64,000 bases of DNA. Origin: a virus (lineage: Duplodnaviria > Caudoviricetes). Below, piece after piece: positions 45,552-55,100 of the stretch. The translations under genes and the position numbers were made by a program. Numbering within the stretch: the stretch's first letter is position 1; the number at the start of each line of letters is the position of its first letter. The stretch spans positions 641 through 64,640 of IMG/VR virus record IMGVR_UViG_3300032309_000245, one strand, 5' to 3'. The notes under the pieces are model-generated. The model had not been told where the DNA came from, did not search any database, and was given only the letters and a program-made list of their open reading frames with translations.

Positions 45552-46198
45552 GTTACGTCATTACGAGCGAAAATGTCCTTAGTCGGGTCGTCGCCCCACG
45601 TATGCCTAACGCTACGCAAGAATACGATCCGCGCTATCTTGACCAGCTTAACAACATCCTGCGGCTGTACTTCAACCAGATCGATGCAATTTTAGGGCAG
45701 TTAACTGCGTCAACTCAGGCAGCAGCTATTAACGTGCCGTATCTTGCGGTGCAGGATACCGTTAGCCATACTGTCACTGCGAACACCGCAAACGCCATGA
45801 CGTTTAATACGGTGGACTACTCTAACGACTGTTCATTAGTTTCAAACAGCCAATTTACGGTTACCTACGCTGGCATCTACAACCTCCAGTTTAGTACGCA
45901 GTTTCAGAATACAGACACTCAGCTACACGATGCAAGCATTTGGTTGCGTAAGAACGGAACGGATATTGCTGGTTCGACTGGGCTTGTTTCTGTCCCAAAC
46001 AAGCACGGGGGAGTAAACGGGCACGCTATTGTTGGGTGGAACTTCTACTTGTCACTCGCTGCTGGCGATTACATTCAGCTTTACTGGTCTACAACTAACG
46101 CTGCAATTACTATACAGGCATATCCAGTTGGCACATCTCCAACTCGACCCGCCACGGCGTCTAATGTGGCAACTTTAACTTTTGTATCGGCGCTATGA
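45548..46198 (+). CDS. Tail needle/knob-like protein with C1q/TNF-like C-terminus
   Basis: N-terminal helix LRLYFNQID; C-terminal AGIYNLQFS.Q...IWLRKNG...LAAGDYIQLYW. Confidence 0.6.
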   Translation: MSYVITSENVLSRVVAPRMPNATQEYDPRYLDQLNNILRLYFNQIDAILGQLTASTQAAAINVPYLAVQDTVSHTVTANTANAMTFNTVDYSNDCSLVSNSQFTVTYAGIYNLQFSTQFQNTDTQLHDASIWLRKNGTDIAGSTGLVSVPNKHGGVNGHAIVGWNFYLSLAAGDYIQLYWSTTNAAITIQAYPVGTSPTRPATASNVATLTFVSAL

Positions 46199-46524
46199 AA
46201 CGAATTGAACCTAACTACGTAGAGTTTGCCGAGGTCGATGACATTTGGGTCCGGGCATACAGCGTAGCTAAAGCTAATACTGTCATGTCCCAACATGTAC
46301 ACACCCATGACCATATTACTTTGGTATCAAGCGGTTCCGTTGAGGCATGGCAGGACGGTGAAAGTATCGGTGTATTTAACGCACCATCTATTGTTAAAAT
46401 ACCTGCTGGCAAAAAGCACGCATTTCTAGCACTTACGGACAACGTGGTTGTCTGTTGTTTACATAATCTTCGTGGCATCGGGCTGGATCAGCCAGAAACT
46501 AAAGAGGCTCAATCATGCCAATGA
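46195..46524 (+). CDS. Cupin-fold protein
   Basis: QHVHTHDHITLVSSG...IPAGKKHAF. Confidence 0.8.
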   Translation: MKRIEPNYVEFAEVDDIWVRAYSVAKANTVMSQHVHTHDHITLVSSGSVEAWQDGESIGVFNAPSIVKIPAGKKHAFLALTDNVVVCCLHNLRGIGLDQPETKEAQSCQ

Positions 46525-48275
46525 TGGCTATTTTTGCAGTAGAAACAGCCGCTGAAATCGCCGCCGCTGCCGAAGCCGCCGCCGCAGCCGAAGCCGCCGC
46601 TGCCACTGCCGCCGCTACTACCGCCGCTGAAACCGCCGCCGCCCAACAAGCCGCTCAAGCCGCCGCCGCTACTACTGCTGCCCAAGCGGGCGCTACTGCT
46701 GGCTCTGGGATTATGTCTGCCGCCCCCACAGCCGCTGCCGTTGCTGGACCAGAAAGTGCTATGGCGGCTCAAGCCGCACAAGGTGGAGTAGGCGCAGCCG
46801 CAGGCGCTCCCCCCGCAGGATTAGAACAACTAACTCAAGGAACATTAACTCAACCCGGCGCTGGACTGGAGCAAGCAAACTTTGCGGCAAGGGGATTGCA
46901 GCCCCCACCCGGAGGACTAGGAGAAATACCTGTGAGTGGGCCTCCCGGCGGTGCGCCTATTGTTGATGGCAGAATCCCCGGTGCGTCTGCTGCTGTCCCC
47001 CCCGGCCCTCCTCAACCCGGATCTCCCGGTATTTTTGGCGAATTAACTGGAGCAAATGCTTATACTGCAGTGGCTCCCGGAAGTGACATGCTCGTTATTC
47101 CCGGTGAAGCGGGTACCGCCGCTGCCCCTAAATCTGCATTTATGCGCGGCTTAGATAGTGCAATGCAGTTTGTCGATAAGTACCCTAAAACTTCGATGGC
47201 TGGTGCGTATCTTGGCGCGAGTGCTTTGGGGCTGCTCAATCCAAAAGACGGCAATTTTAATAGTGAGCCGTACACTGGCCCGTTAAGCAAATACAAACTG
47301 TCGGAGAACTACAAACCGGGGTCCGCTAACCCTGCCCAGTTCCAATATAAACCTCGATATGCCGAAGGCGGCATCATGCAGATGGCTCAAGGGGGTATTA
47401 CGGGCAGTGGAAATTTGAATTTGAACATACCTCTGGATCTGGGTGGTGGACAGAACAGTACGCAAGCGACCCCAGACTTTGCATTTGGCAACGAAAATTC
47501 AGGCGCAAACACCGGATATTTTGGTGGTAACAGCGGGTTGCTGCAACAATTGCGGCAGTTCAGTTCCAATTTTCAGACTAATAATTCTCAGTCTGAGTCG
47601 AACCCTATCAATGTAGGCGGTTCGGCTGGTTCGTCTGATGTGCAAAGTTCGCATGACATGCAAAATTTTGCTGCCGGTGGACCAACAGGTAACTTGTCTA
47701 GTACTTTGGAGTACTACACCAAAATGATGGAAGGCGAAAAGCCTAAGATCCCAGCACAGCATCCCACCGATTCGGGTATCTATCGTGATACTGACCCGGA
47801 CACTCGTAGCCTTGATGCGTACTCCGCTGCCCGGACTCGTCAAGGCAAAATTAATAAACGCGCTTACGTAGCGGCTCCGAAAGGCCCAGAACCGTACGCG
47901 GGTGGTCAGTTAAATGTTAATCCTCCCGGCGTTAAAGCTAATGCCGATACTCAGTATCAAGAAGCCGCAAAGGGCGGTATTATGGGGGTTAGCAATCTTG
48001 GGGGGTATGCCGCTGGTGGAAATCCACGTTTGCTAAAAGGACCGGGAGATGGAATGTCGGATAACATTCCGGCGACCATCAATGGGCGACAACCGGCTCG
48101 ATTGGCTGACGGGGAATTTGTGATTCCCGCTGATGTGGTCTCCCATCTTGGGAATGGCTCAACAGAAGCTGGAGCCAAAGTGCTTCACCAGATGATGACC
48201 AAGGTACGGCAAGAGCGTACGGGCAACCCACGCCAAGGTAAACAAATCAACCCACGTAAGTACATGCCACGATGA
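46515..48275 (+). CDS. Putative ejection/internal virion protein 1, with C-terminal GPGDG..SD...GEFV domain
   Basis: Ala-rich N-terminus, G/P linker, repeated [YMFA]AxGG motifs and a conserved-looking C-terminal domain. Confidence 0.7.
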   Translation: MPMMAIFAVETAAEIAAAAEAAAAAEAAAATAAATTAAETAAAQQAAQAAAATTAAQAGATAGSGIMSAAPTAAAVAGPESAMAAQAAQGGVGAAAGAPPAGLEQLTQGTLTQPGAGLEQANFAARGLQPPPGGLGEIPVSGPPGGAPIVDGRIPGASAAVPPGPPQPGSPGIFGELTGANAYTAVAPGSDMLVIPGEAGTAAAPKSAFMRGLDSAMQFVDKYPKTSMAGAYLGASALGLLNPKDGNFNSEPYTGPLSKYKLSENYKPGSANPAQFQYKPRYAEGGIMQMAQGGITGSGNLNLNIPLDLGGGQNSTQATPDFAFGNENSGANTGYFGGNSGLLQQLRQFSSNFQTNNSQSESNPINVGGSAGSSDVQSSHDMQNFAAGGPTGNLSSTLEYYTKMMEGEKPKIPAQHPTDSGIYRDTDPDTRSLDAYSAARTRQGKINKRAYVAAPKGPEPYAGGQLNVNPPGVKANADTQYQEAAKGGIMGVSNLGGYAAGGNPRLLKGPGDGMSDNIPATINGRQPARLADGEFVIPADVVSHLGNGSTEAGAKVLHQMMTKVRQERTGNPRQGKQINPRKYMPR

Positions 48276-48703
48276 TTCAAGTCTCAATGGTCCCAAAAAA
48301 TTTAATTGGCACATGTTGGGATGCTGTTGGGCCATATCTTGATCGTGCGGCAAAATATACTTATGGCAGATACACTGTAGACGATATCTACAACGCAATA
48401 GTAGATTACGATCATGAGCTATGGGTTGCGTTTGAAGGTAGCGAAATCAAAGGCGCAGTGGTCACTAATTTCATGCACTATCCCAAGCGTAAAGTTCTAT
48501 CTATGACTTTTTGCGGCGGTGTGGAGCTTAGTAAATGGAAAGATCCTATGCTAGACCTACTACGTCGGTACGCTAAAGACATGGGATGTGACGGGATCGA
48601 GGCCACCGCTCGTCGCGGTTGGGCTAAAATATTTCAAAACGACGGGCATAAAAGCCTATGGGCAACATTTGAACTGCCCCTCGAAGGAGTAAATCATGGG
48701 TAA
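48272..48703 (+). CDS. GNAT-fold acyltransferase-like virion assembly protein
   Basis: LWVAFE...GAVVT...FCGG...W...YAKDMGCDGIEATARRGWAK; occupies the P22 gp14 / T7 gp13 position. Confidence 0.65.
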   Translation: MIQVSMVPKNLIGTCWDAVGPYLDRAAKYTYGRYTVDDIYNAIVDYDHELWVAFEGSEIKGAVVTNFMHYPKRKVLSMTFCGGVELSKWKDPMLDLLRRYAKDMGCDGIEATARRGWAKIFQNDGHKSLWATFELPLEGVNHG

Positions 48704-51700
48704 GGGCGGCGGTGGCGGTGGTCAGACTACTTCTACGGTAACGAATAGCAATATCCCCGATTATGCTCGTGGCTATGTAGAGAACATGCTGGGCGCGACC
48801 CAGCATCAGTTGTTCAACACAACTACAGACGAACAAGGTAATACTGTTTTAGGGTCGCCCAAACCCTATCAAGCGTACGGCGGCACATATGACGCCCAAG
48901 GTAATCAGACTTCCTACGACCCAAGCAAAGGAATTGCTGGGTTTAGCCCGTTGCAACAGCAGGCCCAACAAGGGATTGCTGGTATGCAGATGCCGGGTAA
49001 CTTTGACGTTGCTACTCAATACACCGCCGACGCAATGCAGCGCGCGGCTAACGCTGGGTATAACCCAACTCAGTTTGGGATGGATCGGCTGCGGGGACAA
49101 ACTGCTCAAGGCGTTAATTTAGGTAGTGCCCCAACCGCCCAAGCACAGACCGGCGAAGCTGCTCAGCTTGGAAACGCGCCCATTTACCAAGGGCAACAAT
49201 TTAATCAGCCATCGAATGTAGGTATTGAGCGGGTAAGTGCGCCTAATTTACAAAACTTGCAGATGCAAGGCGCAAAAGATGTTGGCACGCGTAGCTTTAC
49301 TGATCCGGGCGCGCGTCAGCAATACATGGACCCCTACATGCAGGACGTTGTTGACGCCCAAATTAGGGAAGAACAGCGCGCTGCTAGTAAAGCCGAAATT
49401 GCACGAAGGGGCATAAATCGGCAAGCGGGGACATATGGTGGTTCCGCCGCAGCTTTACAAAAAGCAGAGAACGCACGTAACCTAAATACTCGAATTGGGG
49501 ATATTCGGGCTAAAGGTCTTCAGTCCGCGTATCAGTCGGGTATGGGCCAATACAATACTGAGGCACAGAATCGGCTTCAGGCAGACCTCGCTAATCAGCA
49601 AGCCCAACAGCAGACGGGGGTGCAGAATCTTAGCGCTGCATTGCAGACTCAAGGTCTTGGCGCGCAGACTGGCCTTACCGCTCAACAGCTTAATCAGGCG
49701 TCGGGGTTGCAAGCTGATCTTGCCAATCAGCAGATGGGCTACAACTCTGGATTGCAAAATGCACAACTAAGGCAACAACAGCAACTTGCTAACCAAGGGC
49801 TGCAAGGGCAGTACGGGCTACAACAAGGCCAGATGAATCAGCAGATGGCGATGGGTAACGTCGCCAATCGTCAGCAAACGGCGTTGGCTAATCAAGGGTT
49901 GCAGGGCCAGTACGGTTTGGCTCAAGGCCAGATGGGGCAAGCGAACCAGCAGTTCAACGCCCAACAGCGCCAAGCAGCTAATCTTGCTAACCAGCAGATG
50001 CGCTATAACACCCAACAAGCTGCCGAACAATCTCGTCAGTTTGGTGCTGGGTACGGCCAGCAGATGAACGCCCAGCAACTTGCTGCGGCGCAACAACTTG
50101 GTGGGTTAGGGCAGAATTATCTAAACGCCCAACAAGGACTCTACGGATTCCAGAACCAGATTGGTGGGCAACAGCAACAGCAGCAACAGCAGATCCTTAA
50201 CCAAGCTATTCAGGATTACTCTAACTCGCAACAGTACCCGCTGATGCAGTTGGGTACGATGTCCAATATGCTGCGTGGGCTGCCGATGCAAGCCGCTACC
50301 ACCAATATGTATCAGGCTGCTCCTAATGCCATCACTCAGGGTATTGGTGCGATTGGTGCATATGGTGCGCTGAACAATGCTTTTGGTTCACCGTCTGGTG
50401 GGGCCAGACCATATAAAGAAGGCGGCGCTGTTGATGGCGGCATCATGGCTTACGATGTCGGTGGCCGCGTTGAAAACACGCTAGAAGATATGGGCGTGGA
50501 TGAGTTGAAAAAGTACGCTAAAGAATCTTCTAGTCCATCCATCAAACGAATGGCCGCGCGGATGATTCAAGAAAAGTCGATGCCAGTTCCTCGCATGGCG
50601 CGCGGTGGCATCCTTGCGTTTGCTAAGTCTACTGATGAAAACAACCAAAGTTTGGTGGAATCAGATAGTGGAGTTATGAGTGAGCCTCCTTCTAGAGCCA
50701 GTATTTTAGAAGCCGCTAGAAGAAAAATCTCTGCCGCGATTGGGCAAAAGGCTCCACCTAAAATTGAGTTTGCTAGTGACCGCGCAGAGAATCCTCCTGC
50801 TCCTCCTGCTAGGCCCGCTGCTCCTACTTTACCGCCAAATTATGATTTTGATGCGGCGGAAAGGGGTGCTACCACAAGAAAAGCGGCTCCTCGTCCTATT
50901 GCCCCTGCTCCCGCCCCCGCCCCCGCCCCTGCTCCCGCTCCCACTCCCGCTACCGCCCCTGCTGGTATCGCTCAAGCTGCTGCCGCTACCGCTCCGGCTC
51001 CTCGTCCACCTGCTGGTCCACCTGCTGGTCCGGCTCTCGCTCCTACTGGTCCGGCTCCCGCTTCCGCTCCTACTGGTCCCGTCCCCGCTGGCCCTGCTCC
51101 TGCTGGTATTACTAGCGCACCTGATTATCCCGGTAGGCCAGATATACCAGACACCCCAGAACATACTGCCTACAGAGAACAAGCAGCGGCGGCTAACGCC
51201 AACGCAAATAAAACCGTGGCGCAGCATTTAGCAGATATAAAAGCCGAACAAGTAGCGGCTGGCCTTGATCCCGAAAACAGAGGGATGCAAGAGTATCGCA
51301 GCAAAATTATGGCTGAGCGTGCCAATATGGACGACGAAGCCAAACGCCAAAAGAATCTTCGCCTTGCCGAATTCTTTGCAAGCTGGGGTTCAACCCCCGG
51401 TGCTACTCTTGTAGCGGGGATGACTGCGCTTAAGAAAACCATTCCTACTCTGATCGAAGATGAGAAGGAACGCAAAAAGGCTATGCGTGAGGCCGATAAA
51501 ATTATTTATGAACTTGAACAATCTGAGCGGCTTGAGAAAAAAGGCAATATTAATGCTGCCGCAGATAGAAAGCAAAATGCGGCTAAAATCGCGGAGCCGT
51601 TTAATTCAACTTTGGCGAAACTTGCCCAAGATAAAACCACTGCATCTATTACTGCTCAAGGAGATAAGGCAAGGTTTATGTCGCAAATTTTCGGCTCTCA

Positions 51701-52181
51701 ACTTTCTGCCGAATCTAGTAGATATTCTGCGGACAAGAGTCTTGAAGGTACTACGTACGCGGCAAATGCTAATGTTCGGGCAGCGCAAATACGAGAACAA
51801 TCTGCTCATGCGGATCGTGTAGCAAATCGGCAGACTGCTGACGAAAATAGACGCTTTGGGCAATACCAAGCTGCGGCTGAACAAGAGCGTCGAGCATTAA
51901 GTCGAATTGCAACTGAAGAAAACGGTGATCAATACAAAGCCGATGTTCGGCTGTTAGAGTCTGGGGCGAATTCTACTAACCCTACGATGATAGAGATGCG
52001 GAAGCAAGCTGAAGAGCGCGTCAATGCTCGAAAAAAAGAATGGAATACTATTAGAGATAATGCCAAAAGAGATACTGAGTTAGCATACAGTCGCCTTGAA
52101 ATGCAAGGGGCGCCACCTAGAAATACTACGAATATTCCAGAAACTCCGCCCCAAGGTGCGGTCAGACTGAAGAGTAAATAA
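48696..52181 (+). CDS. Putative ejection/pilot protein 2
   Basis: MGKGGGGGG N-terminus, YMDPYMQDVV motif, Q/A/N repeats, Pro-Ala linker and coiled coil. Confidence 0.75.
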   Translation: MGKGGGGGGQTTSTVTNSNIPDYARGYVENMLGATQHQLFNTTTDEQGNTVLGSPKPYQAYGGTYDAQGNQTSYDPSKGIAGFSPLQQQAQQGIAGMQMPGNFDVATQYTADAMQRAANAGYNPTQFGMDRLRGQTAQGVNLGSAPTAQAQTGEAAQLGNAPIYQGQQFNQPSNVGIERVSAPNLQNLQMQGAKDVGTRSFTDPGARQQYMDPYMQDVVDAQIREEQRAASKAEIARRGINRQAGTYGGSAAALQKAENARNLNTRIGDIRAKGLQSAYQSGMGQYNTEAQNRLQADLANQQAQQQTGVQNLSAALQTQGLGAQTGLTAQQLNQASGLQADLANQQMGYNSGLQNAQLRQQQQLANQGLQGQYGLQQGQMNQQMAMGNVANRQQTALANQGLQGQYGLAQGQMGQANQQFNAQQRQAANLANQQMRYNTQQAAEQSRQFGAGYGQQMNAQQLAAAQQLGGLGQNYLNAQQGLYGFQNQIGGQQQQQQQQILNQAIQDYSNSQQYPLMQLGTMSNMLRGLPMQAATTNMYQAAPNAITQGIGAIGAYGALNNAFGSPSGGARPYKEGGAVDGGIMAYDVGGRVENTLEDMGVDELKKYAKESSSPSIKRMAARMIQEKSMPVPRMARGGILAFAKSTDENNQSLVESDSGVMSEPPSRASILEAARRKISAAIGQKAPPKIEFASDRAENPPAPPARPAAPTLPPNYDFDAAERGATTRKAAPRPIAPAPAPAPAPAPAPTPATAPAGIAQAAAATAPAPRPPAGPPAGPALAPTGPAPASAPTGPVPAGPAPAGITSAPDYPGRPDIPDTPEHTAYREQAAAANANANKTVAQHLADIKAEQVAAGLDPENRGMQEYRSKIMAERANMDDEAKRQKNLRLAEFFASWGSTPGATLVAGMTALKKTIPTLIEDEKERKKAMREADKIIYELEQSERLEKKGNINAAADRKQNAAKIAEPFNSTLAKLAQDKTTASITAQGDKARFMSQIFGSQLSAESSRYSADKSLEGTTYAANANVRAAQIREQSAHADRVANRQTADENRRFGQYQAAAEQERRALSRIATEENGDQYKADVRLLESGANSTNPTMIEMRKQAEERVNARKKEWNTIRDNAKRDTELAYSRLEMQGAPPRNTTNIPETPPQGAVRLKSK

Positions 52182-55100
52182 TGCCTACATATGATGTTGA
52201 CGTTGGTGGCTCTACGTATGAAGTAGACGCTCCCGATGAAAATACCGCGTGGAAATGGGCTAGATCAACTCATCTGCAACAAAATAAAGCCCCTAAACCA
52301 ATAGCGACTACCCCTGCGCCAACCCCGGTCCCGGAACAACAGGGGCCGCGCGTCCTGCCGCCGGAAGATACCTCCAGTGATCTTTTCCGTGGGTTTACCA
52401 ACTACGGTCCTCAGTTACAAGAAACTTTTGGTGGTTTTCAAGTTCTGACCGGACGCCTTGCTCAGAAAGTTGGTGCTGAAGAAACTGGAACCGGCTTGAT
52501 TAAGCGCGGGGTTGAGAATCTGCAAAAAGCGGAAGCGAAAACCGTATCCAAGAAGACTGACGAATTTACCGAAGCCCTTAAAGAAGGGATCATTCCCCTG
52601 ATTACTGACTGGCTCCCATATCAGATTGGTTCGGGTGCGGCTAACTTGGCCGAAACGCTTGGTGTAATGGCAGTCGGTGCGGGTGTTGGCGCGGCTACTG
52701 GCGCGGGCGTCGGTGCGCTCCCCGGTGCGATCTCTGGTGCGGTTGCTAAAAATTTGGTCAAAAAAGGCATCATTGAAGAAGCTAAAAAGCTAAGCAAAGA
52801 TAAGGCCGAGGAATACATCCTCAAAGAAGCCAAAAAAGAACTCATTACTATGGGTAGCGTGGCTGGCATGGGGGGCCAAGCGGTCCTACATGGCGCTGGC
52901 GAAACTACAAGTCGGGCGGTGCAGGAAGCACAACGCAATAACCAGACCCCCGAAGACATCAATCTTGGACGCCTTGTCCCTGCCGCAATTGTTCATTCGG
53001 TTGCAGACTTCTTCGTTAACAAGATTGGGGTCGATGCACTCAAAGTTGGTGAGAAAGCTTCTAATTCATTAATTGCTGAAGTCGCTAAACGTATTGCCGT
53101 CACCGGTGGCAAAGAGATTCTCCCCGAAGAAATTCAGTCGGTGGCAGAGCGCTTTGGTGCAAACCTTTCGGTTGCTGATGCAGAAGCGCTAAAAGAGTAC
53201 GTCAATACCGCCGCCGCTTCGTTTGGTATGGCGGTTGTCCCCGGTGGGGTCGGGGGAGCGCGAAACTACTTTAGCAATCAGTTCGCCAAAGCCGCTAAAG
53301 AACAGGCCGAAAGAGAAGCTGCGGATAAACTCAAGCAGCAACAAACGCAACAAACGGCTCCCCCTCCAGCCGCCCCCACAACGCCAGCCGACGCAGCGGC
53401 GCAAGCAGAACTCGATAGCCTGCTGAATCTTCAGAACGCACCGCCGCCCCCACCACCGGGGGCTGCTACAACTGCGCCGGGAACCCCGCCGCCACCACCT
53501 CCGGGAACCCCTGCTGGAGAAGCCGGAACCACGCCCCCTGCGGAAACCAAACCAAAACTTCAAAACGCGCCAATCCCTAGTAAAGTAGACATTGAGGCTG
53601 ACCCAATTGCTACTGCAACGAAGTATCTTGAAGATTTGGCTTCAACTGGTGGTAGAGCAAACGCGTTGCCACTGAAGCAATTTACAAAACTTTTTGGGTT
53701 GACGGTCCAAAGTGGTGAAGGCTTTAACCAACGCGCGCTAGACGCAATTAAGCAACATCTTGCTCAACAAGGAGCACCCAATGCCCCTACAGGAACTGTC
53801 GAGACCCCAACTGGAACAAGCGCTGGCGTGGCTGGCGTCCCCGATACAGGAACCGCCACCGAAGTCGCTACCACCCCTGACACAAATGGAGTGGGCGGTA
53901 CTGAACCAAGCACTACATCAACTGATGTCGGAGAAGGAACTGAATCCACTTCAGTAGGCCCGTACGCTCATCTATCTGAGGATCAAAGAGAAGAGTTATT
54001 TAACGCGCGCATGGGTTACTACAACGACGTAGCCTCTGGAGAAGTTTCACAGAAAGCGTTGGATAGAAGGCGGGCGCGGCTGAACGAACTTGAGACTCAG
54101 TTTGATGTTTTGCTTACCGAAGCAAGTGCGGGGCTTCCATCTATATCAGGCGGAACTGACCTTGGCGGCACAAACTTTGTCTGGCATGAAATCCCTGATG
54201 ACCAGAACATAGCCGCTGAAGCTGCGAAGACTCCCAGCTATTCTATATTTAAACCGTTGGCTGGTTGGACGCAGGACTTTGCAAGGCAAGTTCGCATGGC
54301 GTTTGCTCGTCGCGTAGAAGAAAAAGAAACCGCTTCTGCCGAAGAAGAGCGTAAATCTAATTTAATTCTGTCAAATAAATTGACACTGGGGCCGTACTTT
54401 TCAAAAGGAAAAAACGCCAAAGAAACCCTTGCATCGGCTAAAACAAAATATGAAGAAGCGCGAGATATAGTTAATTCGTTAGCGGAAGAATCAAACGAAG
54501 ACCGTACTTTGTTGGTTGAAGCGCGTCAGGCGGCCAAAGCCCAACTCCCGGTAGCGCGAAAAGAACATGACGCGTTCATGGATAAGTATGATGAGCAAGC
54601 CGAACCCATCGAAGCCGAAATCGCAAAAGCGGTACGGGAAAAAAATAACGACCGCGTTAATTTGCTGGGCAAACAACTTGCGGCATTACAGCAAGCCAAA
54701 GAAGCTGCTGATCAAGCACTCAGAGAAGCGCAAAACGCATACAGAGAAGCTGCGGTTGCCGTAGAGAAACACGACGAAGAGCATGGCGGGCAAGTTTTAA
54801 TGTTGCCTGAATGGAACGATAAGGGTGATTTTGCCGCTCATTTAAAAGATGTTTACTACAGCAATGTGCGAGACATAGGTTCTATCCAAGAAAATCTACG
54901 CGCCGCTAGGATTTTGCAGCAACACTTGCGTACGCTTAGCTCTGAATATGGAAATACGGAAGGGCGCGCAGAAGAAATGCGCGTTGCCAACAATTACAAC
55001 GAAAACCGCGATACTGCTAGTCGGGCGTTTGGAGTTTATTTCCCTAAATGGGCCGACCTGTCAGAAAAAGCCCGAGAGCTTTATTCTGATTACATCGTAA

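Noticed and set aside
46545-46700. GCC-rich microsatellite-like tract as a phase-variation locus
   Set aside because: It is an imperfect in-frame trinucleotide run encoding an Ala-rich helix, so slippage would not shift the frame.
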